Shown: positions 30,915 through 42,100, counted from the first letter of the stretch. The stretch is DNA of 64,000 nt from an uncultured Chitinophagaceae bacterium (GCA_964593835.1 CAZQIQ010000001.1:123464-187463); one strand, 5' to 3'. Notes: generated by a model from the letters alone, not told the origin. Numbers and translations are program-made.

Positions 30915-31898
30915 TTATTTTAGCGAGTATTTCTTCAACATCGCTAATGCTTCATCAATCTGCTTTTCAAGATCCTTCACATCATTCGTAGCATTTGCAA
31001 CATGTTTTTTAGAAATCTCAAGGTATTTTTTAGCCTTAGCCAGTTTAGATTTATCATTATTCCATTCATTAATTAAATCAATAGCAGCATTAAAATGGTT
31101 GGCAACAATGGCATTGGAATTATTTTTATTATACGCGTAGGCATGCCTGGCAAAGGATAATGATTTTTCGGTGGTATTTAATTTGAGATAGCTATTAATC
31201 ATCATTTTATAATCGATACGCTTTACGCCTGAGTCAATTGTAACATGCTTTCCCCTGGCAATGAATGTGTCTAAAGGAATAGGATAATCTAATAATTGCC
31301 ACATAGGATCAGCCGGTATTTTTTTTGATAGAAAGGATAATGATGTAGTCAAAAAATTAGTTGCATCAGGTTGTTTTATAAATTCAAGCCTGTCAGGAGC
31401 ATGTCTTTTAAGGTTACCCGAAAAACCCAATAGGTCGCAATGAAACCAGTTGCCCCCAAGCTTAACAACATTCCAGGCATGATTTGTTGCGTAATAAACA
31501 AGATTATCAGAATCGTATTCCGGTACATATCCTTCAATTATTTCATTGGTAATATTTAACCTTGTACAAAAGGCAGAAAAAATCGATGAGTAATCACCAC
31601 AAAGACCTTTTCGCAAGGTATAAACTGTCTTATAATCATCTACAACCCCTCCTGTCCTGAATTTTTCTATATCAAAATCAATATTGTTATAAATCCAGCC
31701 GGCAATAAGACATAGTTTTTGCGTGTCATTAAACGAGTAAGCAGCAATTTTATTCACTGTTTCATCAAAAGAAAGATGATATCCTAATGAATCCTTTAAT
31801 GCAAAAGCATTATAATCAAAATCAACTCTTATTGCATTTTGTCCGTATACACTAAAAACATTAATCAACACAAACAGGGATACCAGCATTCTTATCAT
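30915..31898 (-). CDS. secreted transglutaminase-like (cysteine protease fold) protein
   Basis: Signal peptide. GLCGDYSSIF...HAWNVVKLGGNWFHCD supplies the Cys-His-Asp core of the transglutaminase-like superfamily. Confidence 0.8.
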   Translation of the reverse strand: MIRMLVSLFVLINVFSVYGQNAIRVDFDYNAFALKDSLGYHLSFDETVNKIAAYSFNDTQKLCLIAGWIYNNIDFDIEKFRTGGVVDDYKTVYTLRKGLCGDYSSIFSAFCTRLNITNEIIEGYVPEYDSDNLVYYATNHAWNVVKLGGNWFHCDLLGFSGNLKRHAPDRLEFIKQPDATNFLTTSLSFLSKKIPADPMWQLLDYPIPLDTFIARGKHVTIDSGVKRIDYKMMINSYLKLNTTEKSLSFARHAYAYNKNNSNAIVANHFNAAIDLINEWNNDKSKLAKAKKYLEISKKHVANATNDVKDLEKQIDEALAMLKKYSLK

Positions 31899-32189
31899 GG
31901 TAGTCTATATTAATCTAATTATTCAAAACTATTGAATCTGTAATATCCTGATAAAACCAACAGGATTTTATGTCACTATTTTATTGCGTTCACTTACCCA
32001 ATAAATGGCCTTTACTTCTTTGCAGATAAAATCATTGTGTTCAAAACCGGCCGCAGGAGACAGACAAACTATTCATATTTTTAACAATCAAATCCATTTT
32101 GTTACGTTTAAGGAAAAAATCAGACGATATAAAAACCAGATTTTATTCGGTTTGTCACCAGAACGATCATTCTTTTAATTTTGCAGGAT

Positions 32190-33743
32190 ATGATATCAAG
32201 CCTTAACAATATAAAGCACCCTTTTTTTGTAGGTATAGCCGGAGCTGGAATGAGCGCAATTGCCCAGTATCTGCAGGGTACAGGATTACAGGTAGCCGGT
32301 AGCGATCGTTTTTTCAATGAAGGTAAAGCTGATGATATCAAACAAAAATTAGAAGCGGAAGGAATTGTATGTTTCCCACAAAATGGAGAAGGCATTAATA
32401 CCAAAACAGACCTGATTGTAGTCTCTACGGCTATAGAAGACACCGTAATTGAAGTAAAGAAAGCAAAGGAAATGGGCATCCCTATTATAAGACGCTCGGA
32501 ATTACTAGCGCTTATTGCCACTACTAAAAAGACTATCGCTATAGGTGGAACCAGCGGGAAGAGTACAACTACCGGAATGCTGTTTGCCGTTATGCGACAT
32601 GCCGGCAAAGAACCTTCGGTGATAAGCGGTGCCGGGCTAGTAGATCTTATCAAAAAAGGGAAAATAGGCAACGCCTTCGTAGGTAAAGGTGAGTGGCTGA
32701 TTATTGAGGCTGATGAAAGTGATGGTTCTATCGTTCAATACCATCCGGAAATAGGCGTATTGCTGAATATAGAAAAAGATCACAAAGAATTAGATGAACT
32801 GATAAAAGTCTTTGAGGTTTTTCGTGATAACAGTAAATTGTTCATAGTAAACCAGTCTAATCTATATTCCAGCCAGTTATCGGTTAATATCAAAAATGAC
32901 TTTTCGGTTGAAGATAATATTATAGGTACAACTCCCCCGGTAGTACAAGACAGGGCAGTTCAGGTCAGCAATAATATTATAACAGGTAGTTCGGAGCAAT
33001 CTCCTTCAGAAACAGATAATAAAAAAACGACGATTGTAAAAGAACGCGACGCAGAAGATCATTCTTCAGCAGAAAAGAGACTGCAAGATCAATACAGAGA
33101 GGAAGGATTTCAGGCAGTCAATTTTAATCAAAGAGGTTTTCAGATTTCTTTCACCATTAACGGGCAGCATTTTACAATAAACATTCTCGGGAAACATAAT
33201 ATGGAAAACGCAGCAGCAGCGGTTGCAGCGGCGTCATTTGCCGGAGTATCGCTGGCTGACGCAGCAACTGCCCTTGAAAACTATGAAGGCATTTATCGTC
33301 GTACGCAGGTACTAGGTGAAAAACACGGCGTTTGGGTTGTTGATGATTTTGCGCATAACCCCGTCAAATGTGCCGCGGCCATAAAAGCTTGTCAGCCTGT
33401 TTCTGATAAAGTTGTGGCATGGCTGCAACCTCACGGCTATACACCCACTAAATTTTTACGAAAGGAATTCGTAACAGAAATAACGAACGCCTTAAGAGAG
33501 AATGATGAGATATGGATGAGCGAAATTTTTTATGCTGGTGGTACTGCAACAAAAGATATTTCTGCTCTTGATCTTATCAACGATATAAAAGCTAAGGGCA
33601 AAAAAGCCTATTTCGTGGAAGATCGTAAACTGTTGTTATCAGCACTTAGAAATCACCTTCCTTCCGGAACAACATTATTACTCATGGGCGCCAGAGACCC
33701 TTCACTTGAGCAGTTCAGCAAAGAGTTATATAAACAGCTTTAA
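32190..33743 (+). CDS. MurC/Mpl-like Mur ligase paralogue with internal hydrophilic insertion
   Basis: FFVGIAGAGMSAIAQYL...GSD, IAIGGTSGKSTTTGML (P-loop), IIEADESDGS, LNIEKDH, GKHNMENAAAAVAAA. Not in a dcw-cluster context. Confidence 0.8.
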   Translation: MISSLNNIKHPFFVGIAGAGMSAIAQYLQGTGLQVAGSDRFFNEGKADDIKQKLEAEGIVCFPQNGEGINTKTDLIVVSTAIEDTVIEVKKAKEMGIPIIRRSELLALIATTKKTIAIGGTSGKSTTTGMLFAVMRHAGKEPSVISGAGLVDLIKKGKIGNAFVGKGEWLIIEADESDGSIVQYHPEIGVLLNIEKDHKELDELIKVFEVFRDNSKLFIVNQSNLYSSQLSVNIKNDFSVEDNIIGTTPPVVQDRAVQVSNNIITGSSEQSPSETDNKKTTIVKERDAEDHSSAEKRLQDQYREEGFQAVNFNQRGFQISFTINGQHFTINILGKHNMENAAAAVAAASFAGVSLADAATALENYEGIYRRTQVLGEKHGVWVVDDFAHNPVKCAAAIKACQPVSDKVVAWLQPHGYTPTKFLRKEFVTEITNALRENDEIWMSEIFYAGGTATKDISALDLINDIKAKGKKAYFVEDRKLLLSALRNHLPSGTTLLLMGARDPSLEQFSKELYKQL

Positions 33744-33939
33744 CAGGATTTCTGTAAATCCATCCGGATTAGTTTCAGAAAAGTATCCTGTAAATTGAAG
33801 CAACAGGCTCTATTCAAGAAATTCACTTTTTAGCAATGAGTTTTATTATCAATAGTATTCTGTAAGCTGAAAATGATTTTTATAAGAAAATAGCAGGTAT
33901 TAAATGTGCATTTTTTATAGATAAAAAACAAGTAGTGAG

Positions 33940-34089
33940 ATGCAGGAATATCATTTCTTTCGGATCCACAGTTCATTGAATGGCTTAACAGCCGCAGAAA
34001 CAGTAAAACCCTACGAATATGACTTGAAGAGCAGCAAATACCTACCGGTGCTACTCAATCATGAGCAAATATTTTTAGGCAAAGAATAA
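33940..34089 (+). pseudogene. possible transposase (rve/integrase-core) C-terminal scar
   Basis: Translates to MQEYHFFRIHSSLNGLTAAETVKPYEY..., resembling the ..YN..RPHSSL...TP.E.. tail of DDE transposases. No upstream reading frame. Confidence 0.35.
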
Positions 34090-34341
34090 CTACCAGCAAT
34101 GCCAAAAAAATATCAGTTAATCAGTTAACCTCATAACCTTAAGTCATCCTGACTTTTCTATTTTATCATTATCCTAAATATGGAGGATGTTAAGGGTCTG
34201 AAAAACTCACTTTAAAAGTGTCAGATACCGGAGATAAAATCAAATTCTTTACTCCTCACTTTACTATTGCCCTGTCTACAGGATAGGAATAACACTACAA
34301 AAATGATAAAACAATCACTATCAGAAACGGAGATCTTTCAG

Positions 34342-36051
34342 CTATACATTCATTGCTTTGTTTAAAGTCATTATTCGAAATAAGTCTTCCCGATTAAAAT
34401 ATCTTAGTTGTTTGATATAATCAACATCGAAATTAGCAGATAGGTTTTCATTTACAACCAAATGGTCAAAAATGAAACGCTCCATTGTGTTTTTTTTATT
34501 TGTACAATTATCCTCTTTCTGCATAAAGGATCTTAGGTTCCTTACAAGATTGGTTTTTTTTAAACCTTGTTTAAAGTAAGCCCACTGAATTTTTCTTGTT
34601 TTCATTATATTAAAATTCCAGTTAGCATTAGGTATACCACTGAGCTCGGGAGATATTCTCAATAAAAATTCTCTATACAAATTGTGATCCCTCTTAACCT
34701 GCTGAGGTGCAGACATTAATTTTTTAAGCAGAGGGATACTATAAAATGGTGTAACCGAAGGAAGAAAACATCGATTCCGGTCCTCACCCTCAAATTGCAG
34801 ATTTGTGAGGATATCTTTCATGGCAAAATGGACATACTTATAACGCCAGTTTTTTTCCGGATAAGACTCCAACTCTTTAAGTATTTCACTCCGTAAAGCA
34901 TCTTTATTCTCTCCAAGTATCATTGCCGCTGTGCCAGGGTTAATCTTTGCATATGTATTCAGTATATAATCAACTGCTGAACTGGCTGAACGAATATACG
35001 AAGGCGGTAGATGGTCCGGCAATATCCGGTCTCCTCCATCTCCGGTAAACATAACAGGCTGTTTCGAAAGGTTTGCAAGATGGCGGAAAAAGTCTAAAAG
35101 AAAAGCCATATCTAATCCATTTAACCCGTATTTCTCATTAAAAAACAGATCATAGTCGGTTATAGGAGGATCAGGCAACGCTACTACTTCCAGAGGTATA
35201 GCTAACGCTGCAGCAATTTCCTTAGCATATTTTATATCATTTAAAGCGCCTCCTTCATTATCTAAAAAACTAATAAGCCGGCATTCTAATCCCGCATTTT
35301 TAAATGCAGCAGATACAGCTCTCGAATCAAGTCCACCAGAAATAGATATGATATTCAAATCGCCTAACCCTGCTCTATTTTTCACAGCTTCATTAAACAG
35401 CTTCTCTATCTCTGGAAGTTCCAGGTGAATATCAAAGTCCTTTATTATCATTTGTTCATAATTAAACTCATGATATTTCTGGCTTTTAATATTACCGCCT
35501 GATATTTCAACGATCATTCCACCAGGCATTCTTTCTACTTCCTTATACAACGTTTTTGATCCTAAGGAAAATCTGAATGTCAGCGTTTCTAAAAACGCCT
35601 GTTTATTTGCTGAAAGTGAGATAAAAGATCTGATATATTTTATATTGCGGGAAAAGATCAAAAAATGCTCCGTTTCGCTTTTATACAAAGAAAATCTCGC
35701 TAATACATCATTAAAAATCACCGTTGTATGCAGGCTTTTGTCATATATTATTCCAATAAATTCTGCATCAACATCGGCAAACTTATGTCTGGTTAATTCT
35801 GTATGGTGATCTGCATTAAATAGTTTCTCTGCAAACTGTTCTATTTTAAGTCTCCAATCTTTCCAATTGAAAAAATATCCTTCAATGACAAAAATTCTAT
35901 TGCCTGTTTCCCAATGAAAAACCGGGTAATATGCGTAAGGAATATTTTTCGAAATAGCAATAAAGTCATCTGAATATATAAGTTCACCGTCAGGACAGCC
36001 AGTACTTTCCGGTTTTCTGTTTTTATATATAATAAGATTAAGCCCCGGCAT
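34342..36051 (-). CDS. asparagine-synthetase-B-like ATP-dependent amidoligase lacking the N-terminal Cys nucleophile
   Basis: PP-loop ISISGGLDSRAVS. The N-terminus is MPGLN... rather than MCG.... Confidence 0.8.
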   Translation of the reverse strand: MPGLNLIIYKNRKPESTGCPDGELIYSDDFIAISKNIPYAYYPVFHWETGNRIFVIEGYFFNWKDWRLKIEQFAEKLFNADHHTELTRHKFADVDAEFIGIIYDKSLHTTVIFNDVLARFSLYKSETEHFLIFSRNIKYIRSFISLSANKQAFLETLTFRFSLGSKTLYKEVERMPGGMIVEISGGNIKSQKYHEFNYEQMIIKDFDIHLELPEIEKLFNEAVKNRAGLGDLNIISISGGLDSRAVSAAFKNAGLECRLISFLDNEGGALNDIKYAKEIAAALAIPLEVVALPDPPITDYDLFFNEKYGLNGLDMAFLLDFFRHLANLSKQPVMFTGDGGDRILPDHLPPSYIRSASSAVDYILNTYAKINPGTAAMILGENKDALRSEILKELESYPEKNWRYKYVHFAMKDILTNLQFEGEDRNRCFLPSVTPFYSIPLLKKLMSAPQQVKRDHNLYREFLLRISPELSGIPNANWNFNIMKTRKIQWAYFKQGLKKTNLVRNLRSFMQKEDNCTNKKNTMERFIFDHLVVNENLSANFDVDYIKQLRYFNREDLFRIMTLNKAMNV

Positions 36052-36421
36052 TCACAAAAATTAAAGGAAAGGTAATATATTTAAAATCTAATGCTGATAA
36101 AGTTAAGCATTGAATTTTACGAATTCTTCTCTGTTAACAGCCAAAACAGAATGATCGACCAAATTCTTAACACGTATTCTTTTATTGTTACTAAACATTT
36201 TTTTCCGACAAACATTGATAATTTTTTGCTTAAAAAAATCCGTTTCCAAAAACAGGAGATGTATACATATGATAAACATCTCTGACATTTTTAATTATGT
36301 CCGTACTATCAGCTAGTACCGCCCAGACAATTATTAACTAATAGATAATTGCTTGAGTAGCATTGATAGCAGTTATCGAAATAAAAAAATCCTTATCTTA
36401 GGATCATCTAACGCTGTTTGC

Positions 36422-36967
36422 ATGTCAACAAACTATTTTCTCTGGGGTGAACTTCGGTCAGGAAAATCATCCGCATTATCAGAACTGTATAAACGGTATT
36501 ACCAGTCTCTTTTTGCTTATGGTTATTACCTGTCACGAAACAAACAATTGACAAAAGATACTCTTCACGAAATATTCCTGACCCTTTGGCAACGAAAAGA
36601 AGAATTACCAGAAGTAAATAATGTGCAAGCATATCTTCAAACGTCATTACGTAGACAACTGTTAAGGCAATTAAAAAATACGAGAATAAAAGAGACAGGA
36701 GAATCAGAAGATTGCATACAAATAGAAAGTTCGTATGAGGATTTGTTGATAACCCTGGAAGAAGATGCAGAAAACAGGCAAAAAATCATTCAAGCATTAG
36801 AACAACTGACACCTTCACAAAAAGAAATTATCCGAATGCGTTATTTTGAAAATAAGTCGTACAAGCAAATAGCCGAGATCACTTCCACTAAAAACCGCAC
36901 TATTTATAACCAGGCATATGACGCACTTTGCACACTAAGAAAATGTCTTAAATTAATATTTCTCTAA
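36422..36967 (+). CDS. ECF-type RNA polymerase sigma-70 family factor
   Basis: Region 2 (ELYKRYYQSLFAYGYYL...DTLHEIFLTLW) and region 4 HTH (QKEIIRMRYFENKSYKQIAEITS.KNRTIYNQAYDAL). Confidence 0.85.
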   Translation: MSTNYFLWGELRSGKSSALSELYKRYYQSLFAYGYYLSRNKQLTKDTLHEIFLTLWQRKEELPEVNNVQAYLQTSLRRQLLRQLKNTRIKETGESEDCIQIESSYEDLLITLEEDAENRQKIIQALEQLTPSQKEIIRMRYFENKSYKQIAEITSTKNRTIYNQAYDALCTLRKCLKLIFL

Positions 36968-37069
36968 AACGTCAATATTAAAAGCACGGCTCTTCCAGAA
37001 TCAATATGAACTATGGTAGATTTCTATAATTTTTGCCCATAAGCTGGCTCTTCAAATCATTATCGCTAT

Positions 37070-37590
37070 AACAGTCCGAAGCTACAACTATAGCTTTTCG
37101 CGGAAGCCTCCCAAAACCATAAACCTCATATCATGAACTTGATAGGCTTAAAATAACATCTAAAGTGTTTTATTTTAAACCCTAAATCACAAAAACAAGT
37201 TTCTCTACAGCTACAGAACTATAAGAACTATTACACCTTAAAACATATATCCTGAACCTCAGGGAATAGGAAAAATTAGATGATTTTCATTTTTAAACGC
37301 CAACTCTTAAAAACCAGTTTCTCCAAAGCTACAGAATTATAAGAGCAATTACGCCTTAAAACATATATCCTGAACCTCAGCGAATAGGAAAAATTAGATG
37401 ATTTTTCCATTTTAAACATCGACTCTTAAAAACCAGTTTCTCTACAGCTACAGAACTATAAGAACAATTACACCTTAAATCATATATCCTGAACCTCAGG
37501 GAATAGGAAAAATTAGATGATTTTCATTTTAAACGCCAACTCTAAAAACCAGTTTTTCCAAAGCTACAGAAGTATAAAAACAGCTAACTG
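37070..37590. repeat. non-coding tandem array, period 116-119 bp, about 4.4 units
   Basis: The marker AGTTTCTC recurs at 37198, 37316 and 37435, and as AGTTTTTC at 37551. Central units are highly similar and the outer units degenerate. Confidence 0.85.
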
Positions 37591-37930
37591 TCTCTCGGGT
37601 TACAAAAACTATACTCGTTTACAATTACACATTTTTACGCTTAGCTTAGATAAATAATTCAAACATATTTTCCCAAAACTCTAGCATGAGGATAGTCTTC
37701 AGGCAAAATCCAGAAGGACTTATATCAGCCATATCACAACTTTAATATGCTATAAGAATGTATAAAGCAGTTTTCGGTTGCCGCTATAGTAAGAAGTCTC
37801 ACTTCTTCCAAAACCCGGAGTTTCTATAACCATATATATAGTACACTTTACAGATATCGAAAATGTTTCAAAGTAATTTTTCTATAAAAAAATATGCGAA
37901 ACGTAGTAAAAGGACTGGTTTCCGTGTACT

Positions 37931-39031
37931 ATGTATAAAACTCAGCGAATGGACTATCAGGATTATGTGCCAGAAGATTTTGTACAAGATGAATCTTACC
38001 TGAATTATTATTTCAGGAAGAATGAAGAAGATGTTGCTTTCTGGCAAGAATGGATCAGCATGCACCCTGAAAAACTAGATTCCATCATCGCGGCAGACCA
38101 ACTTATTTCCCTGCTGGCGCTTCATCTTCCTGAACAGGAATTTCAGGATGAATATGAAAGATTAATGTTGCATGCAAAGGACAATGTACCACCGGTAAAA
38201 AAACCTGCATTTTTTCTCCCTCGTATTAAGCAGCTTACAACAGCGGCTGTAATGCTTATTGCCAGTACCGTAATAGTTATCTTCTTACTAAATGATCAAA
38301 AACAAAGAGATCTTTCCAAACACGACTGGCATCATCAACAAAACACAGGTACTATCCCCCTTTCTCTCACCCTTGAAGATGGTTCTTCAATCATCCTTCA
38401 ACCCAATTCAAAAATTTACTACCCGGCCCAATTTGAAAAAAACAAACGTGAGGTAATGCTTGAAGGTGATGCTTTCTTTAATATTAGCAGAAACCCCGAC
38501 AGACCATTTTATGTTTTTGCTGATGATATTGTTACCCATGTACTAGGAACCAGCTTTACCATTATCAATGATGAGAAGGAAAAGAAAACAGAAGTTTCTG
38601 TAAAAACAGGAAAAGTAGAAGTATTTGAAAAAGAGACCGGTAAGGTAGGTAATGGAGTAATCCTCACCCCTAATCAACGGGTTATTTATCATAAACATCG
38701 TTTCGAATCTACGCTGGTCGACAAACCACTTCCTGTACAGGAAGAATACACAAACAAAGACAAGCCATTAACGTCAACAGATGATCATCAGTTTAATTTT
38801 AATGACGAAAGTCTCAAAAACATTCTACCTCTTTTATCAAAAACGTACGGTGTAGAAATTATCACTGAAACAGAAAGGTTATTAAACTGTCATTTTTCCG
38901 GTGATCTGGGGGAGCTGGATCTCTACCGTCAACTCGATGTTATCTGCTCTGCTTTACACAGCAGTTACGAAATAAAAGGAATTAAAATTCTTATTCGGGG
39001 AAAAGGATGCGGCGATGACCTGATGCCATAA
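37931..39031 (+). CDS. FecR-family anti-sigma factor / transmembrane sensor
   Basis: N-terminal cytoplasmic part, a single TM segment (AAVMLIASTVIVIFLL), a FecR domain (EVMLEGDAFFNI...FYVFADDIVTHVLGTSF) and a C-terminal DUF4974-like part. Confidence 0.85.
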   Translation: MYKTQRMDYQDYVPEDFVQDESYLNYYFRKNEEDVAFWQEWISMHPEKLDSIIAADQLISLLALHLPEQEFQDEYERLMLHAKDNVPPVKKPAFFLPRIKQLTTAAVMLIASTVIVIFLLNDQKQRDLSKHDWHHQQNTGTIPLSLTLEDGSSIILQPNSKIYYPAQFEKNKREVMLEGDAFFNISRNPDRPFYVFADDIVTHVLGTSFTIINDEKEKKTEVSVKTGKVEVFEKETGKVGNGVILTPNQRVIYHKHRFESTLVDKPLPVQEEYTNKDKPLTSTDDHQFNFNDESLKNILPLLSKTYGVEIITETERLLNCHFSGDLGELDLYRQLDVICSALHSSYEIKGIKILIRGKGCGDDLMP

Positions 39032-39174
39032 TAATTAACATTAAAACTACTGCTATGCCAATGAAAAAAATGCCTCCTACTTAATCTTAAACCAAAAAAC
39101 CGACAATGCGGGAACATTGCCGGTTGCGCTTTAGCGCTTTGTAAGCATTACACTTAACAAATCAATTTCAAGTT

Positions 39175-42100
39175 ATGAAAAAAAAGCAATGTAGGCTCTA
39201 CATTCAACTGCTTATGAAAATAACTGTAGTTCAAATTTGCCTTGCGATTATTTGCACCAGTACGCTGTTTGCAAAAAATGCGCATTCGCAGGACATACTC
39301 GAAAAAGCAGTTAATATTTCTATCAAAAATGCCAGTATCAATAAAGTTATTTCACTGGTTCACAAACAAACAGGAGTAAAATTTCTTTATAGTTCAGACC
39401 TCATCCAGACCTCTCGAAAAATGGATCTGGACGCAGTTAATAAAAAGCTTCGTACAGTACTTGATGAAACGTTTGCAAAATATGCCATTACGTACAGGGT
39501 GATGGAAAACAGAATACTTTTATATCCTTCCAATACCGATAGTGTTGAATTTCAACCTACACATTATATTCAACAAAATCCGGCCTTTCCTATACGAGGC
39601 ATTATACGTAATGAAAATAATGAAGCAGTGGCAAATGCCAGCGTAACCTTAAAAGGCACTTCACTCGGAACGACAACAACGGCAGATGGAAGTTTCTCTT
39701 TAAATATTCCTCACAATAATGATATCATTCTGGTAATCACGCACATTGAATATGAAGTGCAGGAGCTAGCTGTTAACGGAAGACAAGATCTCACCATAAC
39801 GTTAGTATTACGTAATAACAATATGAATGAGGTAGTAGTAGTGGGTTACGGAAGACAACGTAAAAGCGATCTAACAGGTTCAGTTTCGGTGATCTCTGCA
39901 AAAGATTTTGAAAAACAACCCATTGTCAGAGTGGAAGATGCTCTAAAAGCAAGAGCTGCCGGAGTGCAGGTTCAAACACCAAGCGGTGCCCCCGGAACAC
40001 CTATGAAAATAAGAATACGCGGCTCAAATTCAATTAATGGAAATAATGAGCCTCTATATGTTATTGATGGTTTTATAGGTGGTGATATAAGAACTTTAAA
40101 CCCGAGTGATATTTCATCAATAGATATTCTGAAAGATGCCTCATCAACCGCAATTTTCGGTTCGCGAGGAGCTAATGGTGTCGTAATTATTACTACAAAA
40201 AAGGGATATGATGGAAAATCATCAATAGGTGTAGATGCTTTTTACAATTTAAATACCATTACCAAAAAATTTGATTTACTGAATGGATGGGAGTACATGG
40301 AAAATGTAAATGAACAAAATATTGAAACAGGATTAGGAGCACAATTTACCCAGGCAGAAATTGATGCAGTCAGAGCCAACGGAGGAACTGACTGGCAGGA
40401 TGAAGTTCTTCGTAACGGAGCCATTCAAAATTACCAGTTATCATATAGCGGCGGTTCAGAAAAAACAAAAGTATATCTATCAGGTAACGTGGCTTCGCAA
40501 AGAGGAATTATCATCAATTCCGATTACACACGATATGGTTTAAGGGCCAATATAAATACGACTGTCAATAAAAAAATAGATTTCACTTTTAATTTTAATG
40601 GAACATTTCAGAAGTCAAAAAACAATTACACTTATAACGGAAGAAATACACCATACGGACAGGCATTGGTCTTTTCACCCAATGTACCTATAATAGATCC
40701 TGTAACTAATGATTATTCTAAAAGCCCCTCATATGGACCAGTAGCCGACAACCCTGTGTTTATGGCTAAAGAATGGAACTTTGACAATAATCATACAGAT
40801 CTATTATCTAATATACAGGTCAATTATAAAATACTTCCAGATCTAACTTTTTCTGTTGGTGGCGGTATTAACGGTTATCAATATAGTAATCCTTTCTTTA
40901 GAAGAAATATTCCTGAAACTCCTCCAAGTACGAGTTCTGCTTCTTATTCCAATGGTATTTCCTGGTCATACCAGAATACTAATCAGCTTACTTATCAGAA
41001 AAACTTTAATAATAAACATCGTCTGATAGCTACTGCCATTTATGAGCAACAGGTAAGCACAAGTAAAACCAATGGAGGTTATGCCACCAACTTCTCTACT
41101 ATTGCACTGAGATATAATAATATGGGGTTAGGATCTACCCAGCTGGTAAATTCCGGATTTTCTGAATGGTCGCTGCAGTCCTATCTTGGTCGGGTTAATT
41201 ATACATTTAACGATAAATATTTATTTACTGCAACATTCAGAGCTGACGGATCTTCTAAATTTCAGGGAGATAATAAATATGGCTATTTCCCTTCCGGGGC
41301 AGTTGCATGGAAATTATCAGAGGAATCTTTTATTCAGAATCTGAATATATTCTCAGAACTAAAAATTCGCGGTAGTTATGGCTTAACGGGTAGCCAGGCT
41401 ATATCTCCTTATCAAACGCTTAATGTGCTCGCTACAGGAAGAAACTATCCATATAATGGCGAATCATTACAGATAGGTATTGGACCAGGCGCTCCGGGAA
41501 ACCCCAACCTTAAATGGGAAACCACTGAACAGACTGACATAGGAATTGACGCAGGTTTTTTTAATGGCCGCCTTAACATTACCGCAGATTATTACAATAA
41601 AAAAACTACAGATCTTTTATTGTACGTAATTATTCCGGCCTATAACGGAGGAGGACAAACTTTAAAGAATGTTGGGTCAATGCGTAATAAAGGGTTCGAG
41701 TTTATGATTAATTCCACACTGGTAGATAAAAAAGATTTTAATATTTCCACCACTATCAATGCCAGTTTTTTCTCTAACAGAGTATTGAATCTTGGTGCAG
41801 ACCAGGAAATATTTACTACCGGTGGATATGCAGAGATGCCCACTACTATTGTCTCTCCGTTTATATTAAAAGTTGGAGAACCGATAGGTCAGTTCCGCGG
41901 ATTAATCTCTGAGGGTGTATGGCAGGAAAAAGATGCAGCTCAGGCTTCTTTATTCGGGAATAAACCAGGCGATGCGCGGTACAGCGATCTGAACGGTGAT
42001 AATAAAATTGACGGAGCTGATGTTGGCAAAATAGGAAGTATGCTTCCTAAATATAGTTGGGGATGGAACACTACTGTTGAGTTTAAAAACTGGGATTTAA

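Noticed and set aside
32120-32671. 183-aa minus-strand ORF overlapping the Mur ligase 5' region
   Set aside because: It is antisense to a CDS with clear Mur ligase motifs. Its sequence is low-complexity and Pro/Ile/Ser-rich with no recognisable family.
34342-36051. AsnB-like gene as a lasso-peptide cyclase, with the transglutaminase-like gene at 30915-31898 as the leader protease
   Set aside because: The transglutaminase-like protein has a secretion signal and lies 2.4 kb away on the far side of an unrelated Mur ligase gene. No PqqD-like RRE and no plausible precursor peptide (Thr at -2, macrolactam Asp/Glu spacing) were found next to the AsnB-like gene.
37070-37590. Regularly spaced repeats that might be a CRISPR array
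   Set aside because: The whole unit of about 118 bp repeats, and there are no unique spacers between short conserved repeats. The period is far longer than CRISPR repeat-plus-spacer lengths, and no cas genes are in the window.
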